The position numbers and the translations under genes are program-made. From Alphaproteobacteria bacterium UBA1218 (GTDB lineage: Bacteria; Pseudomonadota; Alphaproteobacteria; Rs-D84): a DNA stretch of 64,000 bases. Below are positions 47,340 through 58,214 of the stretch, piece after piece (within the stretch, counting starts at the first letter, position 1; every line of letters starts with the position of its first letter). The DNA is taken from NCBI GenBank assembly GCA_002309215.1, contig DBXG01000023.1:10086-74085 (forward strand). Direction: 5' to 3'. The notes beneath the pieces were generated by a model. That model saw only the letters and a program-made list of their open reading frames with translations, did not search any database and was not told the origin of the DNA.

Positions 47340-47663
47340 CTAAATATTCATAATTTTTTCAAACTCTTCCAAGGTCATTTCATGTACAGGTTTTTGATTT
47401 GGTGTCACTAAACTTTTGACACTTTCATATTGCTTCTCAAACAAATTCATCACAGAAGAAATATTCTTGTCAATTGTCACACCAGTTTTTTTCAATCCGT
47501 TACCGTATTCCACAATAAACTCCAGAACATCTGCCGCAAAAAAACGACCGACATAGTTTTCCATTGCAATTCCGCCTTTTGCCACACAAATTGCAGACAA
47601 AACACGCGTCATTTCATTATAAAAATTAGCCAATTTTACATAATTTTCAACTGATATTGCCAT
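47340..47663 (-). CDS. hypothetical protein (107 aa)
   Basis: ORF only. Not recognised. Confidence 0.35.
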   Translation of the reverse strand: MAISVENYVKLANFYNEMTRVLSAICVAKGGIAMENYVGRFFAADVLEFIVEYGNGLKKTGVTIDKNISSVMNLFEKQYESVKSLVTPNQKPVHEMTLEEFEKIMNI

Positions 47664-47737
47664 GATAATCCCCTGTCCTGTTTTTTACATTATAAAAACT
47701 ATTGCCCCCCGAACGCAATTAAATTATAATATAAATT

Positions 47738-48118
47738 ATGAGAATGAAAAAACTATTTTTATTTTTGGCTTTAACGGCCTGTGCATCTGCTAATCGTGGT
47801 TCGATTGATGATGCTACTATATTGAATTGGGAAAACGATGCTGTGACCACCGAACAATTTGTTCGCGACCATAAATCTTGTTTGGGAATTAAGAACAAGG
47901 ATTACACCCCAAAATCCCGTCTTGCTAAATTGCTATCACCAAATCAGCATGATCAAATGCCTGACTGGGATGGCTTGTGGGTAACATTTCAATCTAATGA
48001 ATACAAAGATGTTGGACAACGGGCATTGATGTCTGTGCCACCAAACACCGCATCTAAAACAATTGGATATTATCGTAAGTGTATGATGCAACGTGGTTAT
48101 TTGTTGCGCGCAAAATAA
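47738..48118 (+). CDS. hypothetical lipoprotein (126 aa)
   Basis: Signal peptide with lipobox LTAC. Confidence 0.4.
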   Translation: MRMKKLFLFLALTACASANRGSIDDATILNWENDAVTTEQFVRDHKSCLGIKNKDYTPKSRLAKLLSPNQHDQMPDWDGLWVTFQSNEYKDVGQRALMSVPPNTASKTIGYYRKCMMQRGYLLRAK

Positions 48119-48157
48119 AATAAAAGCATGTTGGCTATTGTGTAAAAATGTGATATA

Positions 48158-48856
48158 ATGGTTGGCATGAAGAAATCCATATTCTTTTGGTTGTATTTTG
48201 TTGCGTCAATCATTTTGGCGACCTATTTTGCATGTCGCATTATAACCAGCCAAATGGGCCGCGGTCCCATATCGCTGGTAAAGCATATTCATATAACCAG
48301 TAATTCCCAAGATTTTAATCCAGACACAATTAAAATGGCGATTGGCATTTCTGGGGAAACAAAAATTCGCTCGATAGATTTGCACCAAACAAATAAACGC
48401 ATATTAAGCGTCCCCGGAATAAAGAAATCTGCCACGCGCCGATTACCTAATGGCGACATAATTATAAAATCTGAAAAATACGATGTTGTTGCTATGTGGT
48501 CTGATGGTGTTTCTTGTTATCCGTTATCTTCTGACGGAACAAAGATAAACACACCATCCGATACTTGCAACGAAAACTCTTTAGTTTTTCGTGGTGAATT
48601 GCCAAATGATTTATCAGAAGTAATCGCCAGCGCATCTGTCCTGTCTGAATACATTGATTATTTAGATATGGTTGAATCAAGACGTTGGAATATACATACA
48701 AAAAACGGCATAACTATATACTTACCAGAAAATAATTTCACAGATGCAATCAACAAAATAAATGTATTAAATCAAGCGAATAAATTATTATCACGAAAAC
48801 TGGATATTATTGATATGCGTGATAACACCAGAATCTTAGTAAAAACAAAAAAATGA
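48158..48856 (+). CDS. ftsQ: cell division protein FtsQ-like
   Basis: N-terminal TM anchor, POTRA-like region, position immediately upstream of ftsA. Confidence 0.55.
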   Translation: MVGMKKSIFFWLYFVASIILATYFACRIITSQMGRGPISLVKHIHITSNSQDFNPDTIKMAIGISGETKIRSIDLHQTNKRILSVPGIKKSATRRLPNGDIIIKSEKYDVVAMWSDGVSCYPLSSDGTKINTPSDTCNENSLVFRGELPNDLSEVIASASVLSEYIDYLDMVESRRWNIHTKNGITIYLPENNFTDAINKINVLNQANKLLSRKLDIIDMRDNTRILVKTKK

Positions 48857-50637
48857 ATCTTATAAATTCGTCTTTTTTATGTCTGGATATTGGAACATAT
48901 GGTGTTCGTGGTTTTGCACATTCTGTACGCAATGCGAAAATAATACAGTCTGCAACTCATTTTGTAAAAAACACAAATACTTTATTTGCTTTGAATTGTG
49001 TCATTGATGAATTGGAGCAACAATTACAAACACATTTTAATTCTGCTTTTGTGACTGGTAATTTTGGTGATGCAGATTTTCAGACTGTTTCTGACACACT
49101 GATTTGGCATGACGAACACAAAATAAACGAACAAGATTTACGCCGTCAAATTGCAAAAATAACACCGCCTGATGATTTTTACACAATGCATATTGTGCCT
49201 GTCTTCTATGGAACAAAGTCAATAAAAAACATCAGCAACACACCTGTTGGACACATCGATACAGAATTAAAATCTATTTTCAGTATAATTTCATACGAAC
49301 AAAATAAAACTAAATATATTTCCGATATGATGCGCCGGTCGCATATTAAACCCGCTGGATTTTTCGATCCAACTTTTCTACACAATGCTATCTACAGAAA
49401 AACAAAAGAAAAAGTTTTACTCTTAGATTTGGGTCACGAATATACAACTGTATCAATCTGGACAGATCGTGGACCATTGTATTTCAATAAAATAAAATTT
49501 GGTCAAAACGATATAACAAACGCGCTTGCAACAGGATTAGACATCAGCACACCAGATGCAGACATATTAAAAATAGCAACTTCAAACGCTTTACCAAATG
49601 AAATGGACAGATTTACACCTGCTGATTCATCTGAAAAATTTGCACAATTTTCTCGCGCAGATGTAAATGAAATATTTGTTCCAAAACTAACACAATTAAT
49701 AAATATTGTTTATGAACAATCAAAAAAATATATCGAACAATATGCGCCTGAAAAAATCATATTAACTGGTGGTGGGACCGCAATCGAAAATATCGACATA
49801 TTTTTACAGCAAATGTTCAATTTGCCTGTTGATAACCAAACAGAAAGCGCAACAGTAAACGCATTATCTGAATATGTATGGGAATTAAATCTACCAAAAC
49901 GCAACGCATACATACAAAAACAAATGAAACTGCAAAATACGCTCAAAAAAATTACGCGTTTATTCCATAAAAAGAAAATCATCAAAAAGAAAAAGTTTAT
50001 TCCAATTATGCCCAGCACTTTATGTTTCAATATGAACGACATGTCAACGTATACGCTATTTGCGTCTGGCGGAATCTCTATGATACACGTTGATATAATG
50101 GACGGTTTATATGTCGAAAAAATCGCAGGCGGAATAAATGAATTGGCAAAAATAAGAACAAATACGAACGCCCATTTACATGTTCACCTGATGACAGAAA
50201 GCCCATCAATATGGGCACGCGATGCTATAAACGCTGGGGCAGATACAATTATAATATCAACAAACACATCTGGTGTTCGTGATGCCATAAATGTCATAAA
50301 AAATGCTGGCAAGCGTTGCGGAATTGCTGTGAATCCTGAAACATCAATTGATATAATTGTCCCAGTATTGAAAAATATTGATGAAGTTATGGTAATGGGC
50401 GTAAAACCTGGCGCAGCAGGTCAAACATTTGATGAAAATATTTTACAAAAAATACGAATACTGAACTACACACGCAAAAAACATGGATTAAAATATTTAA
50501 TTAGTGTTGATGGTGGCATAAATCCTGAAACCGCCAAATTATGCTGGAATGCTGGCGCAGACTTATTGGTCAGCGGTTCTTATCTTGCACGTGCTCATGA
50601 TTTTCCTTTGGCTGTGCAAAGTTTATTGAAGCACTAG
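48853..50637 (+). CDS. ftsA: FtsA (residues about 1-385) fused in-frame to ribulose-phosphate 3-epimerase (about 390-594)
   Basis: The N-terminal part aligns by eye to E. coli FtsA (LDIGT, PVG, LDLG..TT, ILTGGG). The C-terminal part is an unmistakable Rpe (IMPSTL..., HVDIMDG, MGVKPG, VDGGI). No in-frame stop between them. Confidence 0.6.
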   Translation: MNLINSSFLCLDIGTYGVRGFAHSVRNAKIIQSATHFVKNTNTLFALNCVIDELEQQLQTHFNSAFVTGNFGDADFQTVSDTLIWHDEHKINEQDLRRQIAKITPPDDFYTMHIVPVFYGTKSIKNISNTPVGHIDTELKSIFSIISYEQNKTKYISDMMRRSHIKPAGFFDPTFLHNAIYRKTKEKVLLLDLGHEYTTVSIWTDRGPLYFNKIKFGQNDITNALATGLDISTPDADILKIATSNALPNEMDRFTPADSSEKFAQFSRADVNEIFVPKLTQLINIVYEQSKKYIEQYAPEKIILTGGGTAIENIDIFLQQMFNLPVDNQTESATVNALSEYVWELNLPKRNAYIQKQMKLQNTLKKITRLFHKKKIIKKKKFIPIMPSTLCFNMNDMSTYTLFASGGISMIHVDIMDGLYVEKIAGGINELAKIRTNTNAHLHVHLMTESPSIWARDAINAGADTIIISTNTSGVRDAINVIKNAGKRCGIAVNPETSIDIIVPVLKNIDEVMVMGVKPGAAGQTFDENILQKIRILNYTRKKHGLKYLISVDGGINPETAKLCWNAGADLLVSGSYLARAHDFPLAVQSLLKH

Positions 50638-51027
50638 TTTGCGCCCATCGCCATTTTGTGTAATATAAATATGAATTGTATTCGATGGTAAAATATCTTG
50701 TGCTATTTCCGGCCATTCTATCAAAGTAATGTCATTATCAACAGCATACGGCAAACCAATTTCTTCAAGTTCAGAAACGTCCCCTATTCTGTATAAATCA
50801 AAATGCGATATCCCATCATAATTTTGCACCAAAGTAAAAGTAGGACTTGGCACCACTGTATCTTCACCACGCAAAGTCTTGATTATTGTTCGCGCAATTT
50901 CTGATTTTCCCATTCCCAAATCACCATGCAAAGCCACAACAACAGGCGCATGTAAAGTTTTTGCAAAATCACGCGCAAAATCACGTGTTTCTTCCAAATT
51001 ATTCAAGATAAAAGTTTTTATTTCCAT
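50623..51027 (-). CDS. tsaE: tRNA threonylcarbamoyladenosine biosynthesis ATPase TsaE
   Basis: ALHGDLGMGKSEIAR P-loop, small size, position next to uvrB. Confidence 0.75.
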   Translation of the reverse strand: MEIKTFILNNLEETRDFARDFAKTLHAPVVVALHGDLGMGKSEIARTIIKTLRGEDTVVPSPTFTLVQNYDGISHFDLYRIGDVSELEEIGLPYAVDNDITLIEWPEIAQDILPSNTIHIYITQNGDGRKLVLQ

Positions 51028-51028
51028 T

Positions 51029-53023
51029 TTATTCCACCAATAATAAATCATCTTCTAACTTATGAATCGCATCACGCAATTCAGCAGCCTTTTCAAACTC
51101 AAGGTTTTCAGCATGTTTATGCATTTTCTGTGTCAAAGATTTAATCTCCTTGCGCAAAGATTGTGCATCCCATACACCGTCTTTATTATACACAAATTTT
51201 CTGGATTTGTCTGTTTTTTCTTGTGCTTCTTTTACTTCATCAAATACAGATTTTGATATTGTTTTTGGAACAATACCATGTTCTTGGTTATACTTTTCCT
51301 GCTTTTCACGACGACGTGCAGTTTCATCCAGCGCTTCACGCATAGAATCTGTAATCGTATCAGCATACAATATTACATGGCCATTTGCATTTCTGGCGGC
51401 ACGACCAATCGTCTGAATCAAAGAACGTGTTGAGCGCAAAAAACCTTCTTTATCAGCATCCATTATTGCAACCAATTCACATTCTGGAACATCCAATCCT
51501 TCACGCAACAAATTGATTCCAACCAACACATCATATTTTCCAATACGCAAATCACGCAACAAATCTATACGTTCCAAAGTTTCTATATCAGAATGCAAAT
51601 ATCTGGCACGAACACCATTTTCAACAAAATAATCAGTCAATTGTTCCGCCATTTTTTTAGTCAAAGTTGTGACAATAGCTCGCCCTTTGGTTTTCTTGAC
51701 TGTATCCAACAAATCATCAACCTGATGCTGTGTCGGACGCACTTCACAAATTGGATCTAACAAACCTGTCGGACGAATAACCTGCTCTGAAACAATACCA
51801 CCAGACTGTTCCAATTCCCACTGGGCAGGTGTTGCAGAAACAAATATGGTTTGCGGACGCAAACTTTCCCATTCGTCAAAAGTCAATGGACGATTATCAA
51901 CACAAGACGGCAAACGAAACCCATATTGCGCCAAAGTTTCTTTACGCGCCCTGTCCCCACGCGACATAGCACCAATTTGTGGGACAGTCACATGACTTTC
52001 ATCTAAAAACAACAGCGCATTTTTTGGCAAATATTCAAACAAAGTTGGTGGTGGCTGCCCTGGCAAACGGCCCGTCAAATATCTGGAATAATTTTCAATA
52101 CCGCGACATGTTCCTGTGGATTCCATCATTTCTATATCAAAATTGACGCGTTCACGTAATCTTTGTTCTTCCACATATTTCATATTTTCATGAAAATAAT
52201 CTAGTCTTTCATCTAAATCCTTACGGATTTGATTTATCGCCTGCAACACAGACGGCATAGGTGTTGCATAATGTGTGTTTGGGTATATCGCGATTCTATC
52301 CAATTTATGTAATTTTGCACCCGTCAAAACATCTATTTCCCAGATTTCATCTATTTCATCACCAAAGAAAGAAACTTTCCACGCTCTATCCTGTGAATGT
52401 GATGGAAAAATATCAAGTGTATCACCACGCGCACGAAATTCACCACGTGCAAAACCCATTTCATTGCGTTTATATTGAATATCAACCAAAGCGCGCATAA
52501 CATCTTTTTCGGATATTTTATCACCAACATTTAACACCAACTTCATTTTAGCGTATTGTTCCGGTGCCCCAATACCATAAATAGATGACACAGACGAAAC
52601 AACAATAACATCTTTTTCTTCCATCATTGCACGCGTAGCACTGTGCCGCATACGATCCAATTGTTCGTTTATGGCCGCATCTTTATCTATGTATGTATCG
52701 GTTGTCGGAACATAGGCCTCGGGCTGATAATAATCATAAAAAGACACAAAATATTCAACATGGTTATGCGGAAAAAAAGATTTCATTTCAGTATATAATT
52801 GGGCAGCCAAAATCTTGTTCGGCGCCATAATAAGTGTCGGCCTGGATAATTCTGCAATAACATTGGCCATTGTGAATGTCTTACCAGAACCTGTCACACC
52901 TAATAACACCTGGGACTTTCTGCCATCTTTGACACCTGCTACCAATTCAGATATAGCAGTTGGCTGATCCCCCATTGGGGCATAATCAGATTCCAGCGAA
53001 AAAACACTTTTCTTTGTATTCAT
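51029..53023 (-). CDS. uvrB: excinuclease ABC subunit B
   Basis: 664 aa. [12 protein letters not shown] box, beta-hairpin, C-terminal UVR domain. Confidence 0.95.
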   Translation of the reverse strand: MNTKKSVFSLESDYAPMGDQPTAISELVAGVKDGRKSQVLLGVTGSGKTFTMANVIAELSRPTLIMAPNKILAAQLYTEMKSFFPHNHVEYFVSFYDYYQPEAYVPTTDTYIDKDAAINEQLDRMRHSATRAMMEEKDVIVVSSVSSIYGIGAPEQYAKMKLVLNVGDKISEKDVMRALVDIQYKRNEMGFARGEFRARGDTLDIFPSHSQDRAWKVSFFGDEIDEIWEIDVLTGAKLHKLDRIAIYPNTHYATPMPSVLQAINQIRKDLDERLDYFHENMKYVEEQRLRERVNFDIEMMESTGTCRGIENYSRYLTGRLPGQPPPTLFEYLPKNALLFLDESHVTVPQIGAMSRGDRARKETLAQYGFRLPSCVDNRPLTFDEWESLRPQTIFVSATPAQWELEQSGGIVSEQVIRPTGLLDPICEVRPTQHQVDDLLDTVKKTKGRAIVTTLTKKMAEQLTDYFVENGVRARYLHSDIETLERIDLLRDLRIGKYDVLVGINLLREGLDVPECELVAIMDADKEGFLRSTRSLIQTIGRAARNANGHVILYADTITDSMREALDETARRREKQEKYNQEHGIVPKTISKSVFDEVKEAQEKTDKSRKFVYNKDGVWDAQSLRKEIKSLTQKMHKHAENLEFEKAAELRDAIHKLEDDLLLVE

Positions 53024-53063
53024 ATTATTTTTCTATTCACAACCTTTAATATAATCTATTATA

Positions 53064-55565
53064 ATGAAAATACAAGGAAAGAGAATGATGTCCATCAAAC
53101 CAAGATACAAACGCAGAATATTATGGTCTTTGATATCTATTATCGGCCTGTTATTGTTGGCTGTGATTGTTTTGCCACCTATGATTCACCTAAATTCGTT
53201 AAAAACTAAGATACAAGATGCCATTTTTACCGAAACAGGTATGCGCACAACAATTCATGGCGATATAAACTTCAGTATGCTTGGCAAAACGACAATTATC
53301 ACGCATGACATAACAATCCCTGATGGCTTTATTTCTTCGTTTCAGTTTTCAATTCCTTGGACAGATATATTCAATATAAAAAATGCTACCATATCTGAAG
53401 ATATAACAATAAGTGGTGCATCTTTTATTCTGAAAAAAATCACACCATTTAATATGAACAAAAATATAATCGTAAAAGATTCCAGATTTACATTCTTGAA
53501 CAAAGAATACGAAATTATTGATGGCAATTTTTCCAAGAATATGGTTTCTGCTCTGATCCGAACAGATCAACATAAATATGACATTACATCTATAGATAAT
53601 AATTTTACAATTAAAAACAAAAATAATAATCTGAACCTTTATGGAAAATTATTACCTGACGGAACGGCAACTGCACACATAAGCATTATTGCCCAAGATA
53701 TAAACAGATGGTTTGAATTTAAACACCCAAAAATCAAAGGCAGATTCCCGATTACTGCAAATATTAAATGGGATGGTGGATATGGAATTGACTTTTACGA
53801 TATATCTGCAAATGGCGTAACTGGTTCAGCAGAACTTTTACCAAACGGATATAAAACAATAAAATTGCAATCTAAAAACGCGGACTATGATATGTCTTTT
53901 GCAATAAAAAATCCTGACATTTTCATTGATGCGCACTTTGATATGGATTTTTATGGAAAAATCAAATTTGCAAATTATAACTTTAAGCATTTGTATATAA
54001 ATGTAATTGGAAAAGACAAAAGCATTGATATTGAAAAAATTATTGCAGATGATTTAACTATCCAAGGTGGGAACATAGACGAAAATGGCGCGCATAATTT
54101 GAATGTTTCTTTGTATGAAAATGGGATACCAACAAAATGTTTATTCAACGGAACACCAAACGATTGGTCCTGCAAAACATTTTCTTATGGCGATGAAATT
54201 TCTGGTGATATGACTTTAAGCAAAAATCACCTGATTGCAAATATATATTCCAATAAAAATATGTCAGACCTAGATTTAATCGTTAAATCTGCACACAAAC
54301 TATCTGATACAGGAACTATAAAGTTTCAATTTGCAGATATGGCTGGAACATTAAGATTTACAAAAAAAGATTATTCTGTCCAATATGATTATGTGATGAA
54401 TAAAAATCTAAATTGGGCTGATATAAAACTAAAGTTTTTGCCAGATTTTATGTTGAAAGAAAACGGTAATTTTGTTTGGCAAAATGACACTATGTTTTTC
54501 ACACCAACATCTAAAACCTGGTCACTGGCAACAGATAAAAATACGTTTTATATAACAGGGAACAGTTTTAAACGTTGGTTGCCAAAACTTGATTTACAAT
54601 CTGTGCAAGATTCATCTTATACAATCTCAGGCGATTATAGTAATAAAAATATATCAAACTTGAAAATTGAAGTTGCACAACAGGTATTCAATGGTTCTGT
54701 ATCTGGAAAATCAATGACATTAAAAACAGATTTATTAAACTTGGATTCTTTTATATCACAAGATTATTTAAATAATTCCGAAGCGTTATCTTTCTTCACA
54801 GTTGCCCCAATTACAATACCTTTTGACATACCTGTAAACATCTCGTTATCAGCAGATTCTTTGATTTATAACGGACAAAAATACAATAATTTTGTTTATT
54901 CGTTAAAACCAAACACACAAACATTTTCTATCACAGATTCTAATCGTGGCAATATGCTTACAACAATCAAAAAACAGAATAACAATTATACAATCAATAT
55001 AAAACTAAATAAATTTGTTGTTAATGCAAAGTTATTGCCAAACGATATGCCACTGAATATTTCTGATTCAGCAATAACAGCAGAAATAAAATTGAAAACA
55101 TTCGGTAAAATCGCACACGATGTATTCGAAAACATAAATGGTACATTTGATTTATATTTTGATGGTGGAATCTTATACGGTTTGGGACTTGCAGATTTTT
55201 ATGCCTCGGCAACAAACATTTCTACATTAAATGCAGAATATGTGTTGGCCAGCGCACTTGAAAACGGAATAACACCAATAAAAAATATGCGAATAATTGG
55301 GATTTATAACAGTGGCGACATAAAAACAACAAAACCAATATCACTTGCATTAAAACACACCGACGTTTTTGGTAATATGCAAATAGAAAACAAAAAAATG
55401 ACCGCTGAATTGAAATTAATCTTACGTGGAACATCACCTGCATCTGAACCCATAGATTTAATAGTATATCCAAACAATACACGTAAATATTCACTATCTG
55501 CAATAATGATGTCTTTTGATCCTGAATATATGCGCAGTTTTATAAAATCACACAATCAATTTTAA
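53064..55565 (+). CDS. AsmA-family large envelope protein (putative)
   Basis: 833 aa. N-terminal TM anchor, long beta-rich body, C-terminal LYFDGGILYGLGLADFYA AsmA-like segment. Confidence 0.45.
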   Translation: MKIQGKRMMSIKPRYKRRILWSLISIIGLLLLAVIVLPPMIHLNSLKTKIQDAIFTETGMRTTIHGDINFSMLGKTTIITHDITIPDGFISSFQFSIPWTDIFNIKNATISEDITISGASFILKKITPFNMNKNIIVKDSRFTFLNKEYEIIDGNFSKNMVSALIRTDQHKYDITSIDNNFTIKNKNNNLNLYGKLLPDGTATAHISIIAQDINRWFEFKHPKIKGRFPITANIKWDGGYGIDFYDISANGVTGSAELLPNGYKTIKLQSKNADYDMSFAIKNPDIFIDAHFDMDFYGKIKFANYNFKHLYINVIGKDKSIDIEKIIADDLTIQGGNIDENGAHNLNVSLYENGIPTKCLFNGTPNDWSCKTFSYGDEISGDMTLSKNHLIANIYSNKNMSDLDLIVKSAHKLSDTGTIKFQFADMAGTLRFTKKDYSVQYDYVMNKNLNWADIKLKFLPDFMLKENGNFVWQNDTMFFTPTSKTWSLATDKNTFYITGNSFKRWLPKLDLQSVQDSSYTISGDYSNKNISNLKIEVAQQVFNGSVSGKSMTLKTDLLNLDSFISQDYLNNSEALSFFTVAPITIPFDIPVNISLSADSLIYNGQKYNNFVYSLKPNTQTFSITDSNRGNMLTTIKKQNNNYTINIKLNKFVVNAKLLPNDMPLNISDSAITAEIKLKTFGKIAHDVFENINGTFDLYFDGGILYGLGLADFYASATNISTLNAEYVLASALENGITPIKNMRIIGIYNSGDIKTTKPISLALKHTDVFGNMQIENKKMTAELKLILRGTSPASEPIDLIVYPNNTRKYSLSAIMMSFDPEYMRSFIKSHNQF

Positions 55566-55570
55566 CCAAC

Positions 55571-55600
55571 AAAAAGCCCTACATTTTGTAGGGCTTTGGA
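55571..55600. terminator. bidirectional terminator between the AsmA-like gene and convergent aspS
   Basis: GCCCTACA-TTTT-GTAGGGC with T-runs on both strands. Confidence 0.7.
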
Positions 55601-55602
55601 TT

Positions 55603-57372
55603 TCAGTTTTTCTTTCTGATTTGTATATGAATATCACGCAATTGTTGTTCACTAACCTCATTCGGTGAACCCATTAACAAATCCTGACCGCGCTGATTGG
55701 CAGGGAAAGCAACGATTTCACGAACACTTTCGCCATCACCAAGGATTTCAGAAACCAATCTATCAATTCCAAACGCACATCCACCATGTGGTGGTGCACC
55801 ATATTTGAAAGCAGTATAAAGCGCACTGAAGTTCTTTTCAACTGCTTCAATTGGATAACCAGCAATATCGAAACACTTTTTCATGACTTCTGGATTATAA
55901 TTGCGTAATCCACCACTGCAAATTTCAAGACCATTTAACACCATATCAAATTGTGCCGCCTTGATAGAAAATGGGTCTTTCGTTGATAATTCTTCAAGTG
56001 TTGCCAGCGGATAAGAAAACGGATTATGCGTAAACATTGGCGCACCACCGCGTTCTTCATCTGGCTCAAAGAATGGGAAATTATCAACCCAACAAAATGC
56101 AAAATCGCGTTCATTAACCAAACCAAGGTCTGCACCAAGTTTGTTACGTAAACGACCAGCAGCCTTATTTGCATTATCAACATTATCACAAACAAAGAAC
56201 AATGATGAATTATCGCCTGCAATTTCATGCAACTTTGCAATTCTGTCTGCATCAAGTTTTTTTGCCACAGGTCCCTTTGCTTCATCAGCAAAAACAATAT
56301 AACCTAATCCACCAAGTCCCAATTCCTTAACAGCGTATTCGCCCAATTTATCAAACCAAGAACGTGGTTTATCAGCGCTGTTTGGTGCAGGTATCGCACG
56401 CACAACAGCACCGTTTTCAATTGCATTTGCAAAGATTCCAAAATCAGAACCGCGGAATATATCTGTGACATCAGATATCAAAATTGGATTACGCAAATCT
56501 GGTTTATCGCAACCGTATTTCAACATCGCATCATCAAAAGATATATGTGGAATTTCTGGATAAATATTTGCATCTGGTGCAAAAGTCCGAACCAATTCTG
56601 GAATAACCGCTTCGCCAACCGCCTGAATATCAGCCTGATCAACAAAAGACATTTCAATATCCAATTGGTAAAACTCCAGCAATCTGTCAGCACGCAAATC
56701 TTCATCACGAAAACATGGCGCAATCTGGAAATATCTATCGAACCCTGCAACCTGTAATAACTGCTTGAACATTTGTGGCGCCTGGGGCAAAGCATAAAAT
56801 TTGCCATGATGCAAACGTGAAGGAACCAAGAAACATCTGGCGCCTTCTGGGCTATCCGCAGTCAATAGTGGGGTCTGGAATTCAGAAAAACCCATATCCC
56901 ACATTTTATCACGCAACCATTTTATCATTTTGTTACGCATCAAAATACTGTGATGTAATTTTTCACGACGCAAATCCAAAAATCTGTATTGATAGCGTAA
57001 TTCTTCACTGGTGTCTTCATCACCAAAAACCTGGAAAGGCAAAACTTCAGAATTAGTTAAAACCTCCCATTTTTCTGATTTAATTTCAATATGGCCTGTT
57101 GGTATTTTATCGTTTATCGCTTCTTTATCTCTGGCAACAACGGTTCCTGTAATTTTAATAACAGATTCAGAACGAATCTTTTCCAGATTTTCATCGCCCC
57201 CATCAAAAACACATTGTGTAATACCATAATTATCACGCAAATCAACGAATAACAAAGAACCATGATCACGCTTACGATGCACCCAGCCAGATAAAGTGAC
57301 AGTTTCACCAACGTTTTTTTCAGTCAGTTCGCCACAAGTATGCGTTCTGTATTTTGATTTCAAAGACATCAT
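55603..57372 (-). CDS. aspS: aspartyl-tRNA synthetase, bacterial type
   Basis: About 590 aa. LAQSPQMFKQLL motif, GAD insertion domain, motif 3 GGCAFGIDRL. ATG at 57372 with AAGGG 8 nt upstream. Confidence 0.9.
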   Translation of the reverse strand: MMSLKSKYRTHTCGELTEKNVGETVTLSGWVHRKRDHGSLLFVDLRDNYGITQCVFDGGDENLEKIRSESVIKITGTVVARDKEAINDKIPTGHIEIKSEKWEVLTNSEVLPFQVFGDEDTSEELRYQYRFLDLRREKLHHSILMRNKMIKWLRDKMWDMGFSEFQTPLLTADSPEGARCFLVPSRLHHGKFYALPQAPQMFKQLLQVAGFDRYFQIAPCFRDEDLRADRLLEFYQLDIEMSFVDQADIQAVGEAVIPELVRTFAPDANIYPEIPHISFDDAMLKYGCDKPDLRNPILISDVTDIFRGSDFGIFANAIENGAVVRAIPAPNSADKPRSWFDKLGEYAVKELGLGGLGYIVFADEAKGPVAKKLDADRIAKLHEIAGDNSSLFFVCDNVDNANKAAGRLRNKLGADLGLVNERDFAFCWVDNFPFFEPDEERGGAPMFTHNPFSYPLATLEELSTKDPFSIKAAQFDMVLNGLEICSGGLRNYNPEVMKKCFDIAGYPIEAVEKNFSALYTAFKYGAPPHGGCAFGIDRLVSEILGDGESVREIVAFPANQRGQDLLMGSPNEVSEQQLRDIHIQIRKKN

Positions 57373-57646
57373 TTTCAACACCCTTTTTTGTCCCCCATAG
57401 CTTCAGCGAAAGGGGATTGTTTTCGGTGCCATAAAAATTTGCTATACGGCACCAATTCCAATCTTAAATCTCACAGGGGCGCTAGATTTTTTCGCGCGGT
57501 GCCACCCTGCCTTATTACTTTTTGTTTTTCATATAACACTACCCGGTTGTCAGTCGTATCAACGCATTACATAAAAACCAACGATATGGACAGATTCTAT
57601 ACCGAAAATATCACAAATGCAAGAAATAAACCATTAATCAAATATT
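57373..57646 (-). promoter_or_regulatory. T-box-riboswitch-like leader of aspS
   Basis: On the transcript strand: AGGG-UGGCACC-GCGCG-AAAAAAUCUA-GCGC-CCCU (plus coordinates about 57475-57508). This matches the T-box consensus AGGGUGGNACCGCG and the antiterminator helix A1 / 7-nt bulge / helix A2 layout. UGGC would pair with a GCCA 3' end (G73, as in tRNA-Asp). GAC codons lie in the 5' part (CGACUGACAA). Confidence 0.55.
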
Positions 57647-58204
57647 TTAATCAATATAATATACTCTGTTTGCTTTGCGTGGAATATTTGGAACATCGCC
57701 ATTCGGATAACCCAAAATACAATAACCAATGCCTTCCCAATTACCAGTAATACCCAAGGATTTTAAAATTTCTTGATATTCTGGTTTTTGAAAAGTTTCT
57801 TTGGCACGACATATCCAACAACTACCAACACCCAAAGCATGTGCAGCCAACATTAAATTACCCATAACCAAAGAACCGTCATATACGTAATCAACAAAAC
57901 CTTTATCTGCTACAACAACCAATACTACTGGCGCACCATAAAAAGGGTCTGCACCATCATATAAACCATCAAACTTAGCTTTTTCTGCTGATAATCTATC
58001 ACGTAAATCTTTATTTGTTACGACTATAATTTTTACTTCTTGTTGATTCATACCACTAGCCGCACACAACCCAACATCAACAATTTGATTGATTTTCTCT
58101 TGTTCAACCATATCTGGCTTATACTTGCGTATACTACGCCTAGTCTTAATAGATTCTAAAACAGCATTCATCAAAAAAACCTTTGTGCAAACCTTTTGTC
58201 CCAC
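57647..58204 (-). CDS. nitroreductase-family protein
   Basis: 185 aa. TRRSIRKY and the rest of the NAD(P)H-flavin nitroreductase fold. Confidence 0.75.
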   Translation of the reverse strand: MGQKVCTKVFLMNAVLESIKTRRSIRKYKPDMVEQEKINQIVDVGLCAASGMNQQEVKIIVVTNKDLRDRLSAEKAKFDGLYDGADPFYGAPVVLVVVADKGFVDYVYDGSLVMGNLMLAAHALGVGSCWICRAKETFQKPEYQEILKSLGITGNWEGIGYCILGYPNGDVPNIPRKANRVYYID

Positions 58205-58214
58205 TTCGTAAAAA

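Noticed and set aside
57388-57750. 120-aa plus-strand ORF spanning the aspS leader.
   Set aside because: It overlaps the T-box-like leader on the opposite strand and the 3' end of the nitroreductase gene. It has no recognisable domain.
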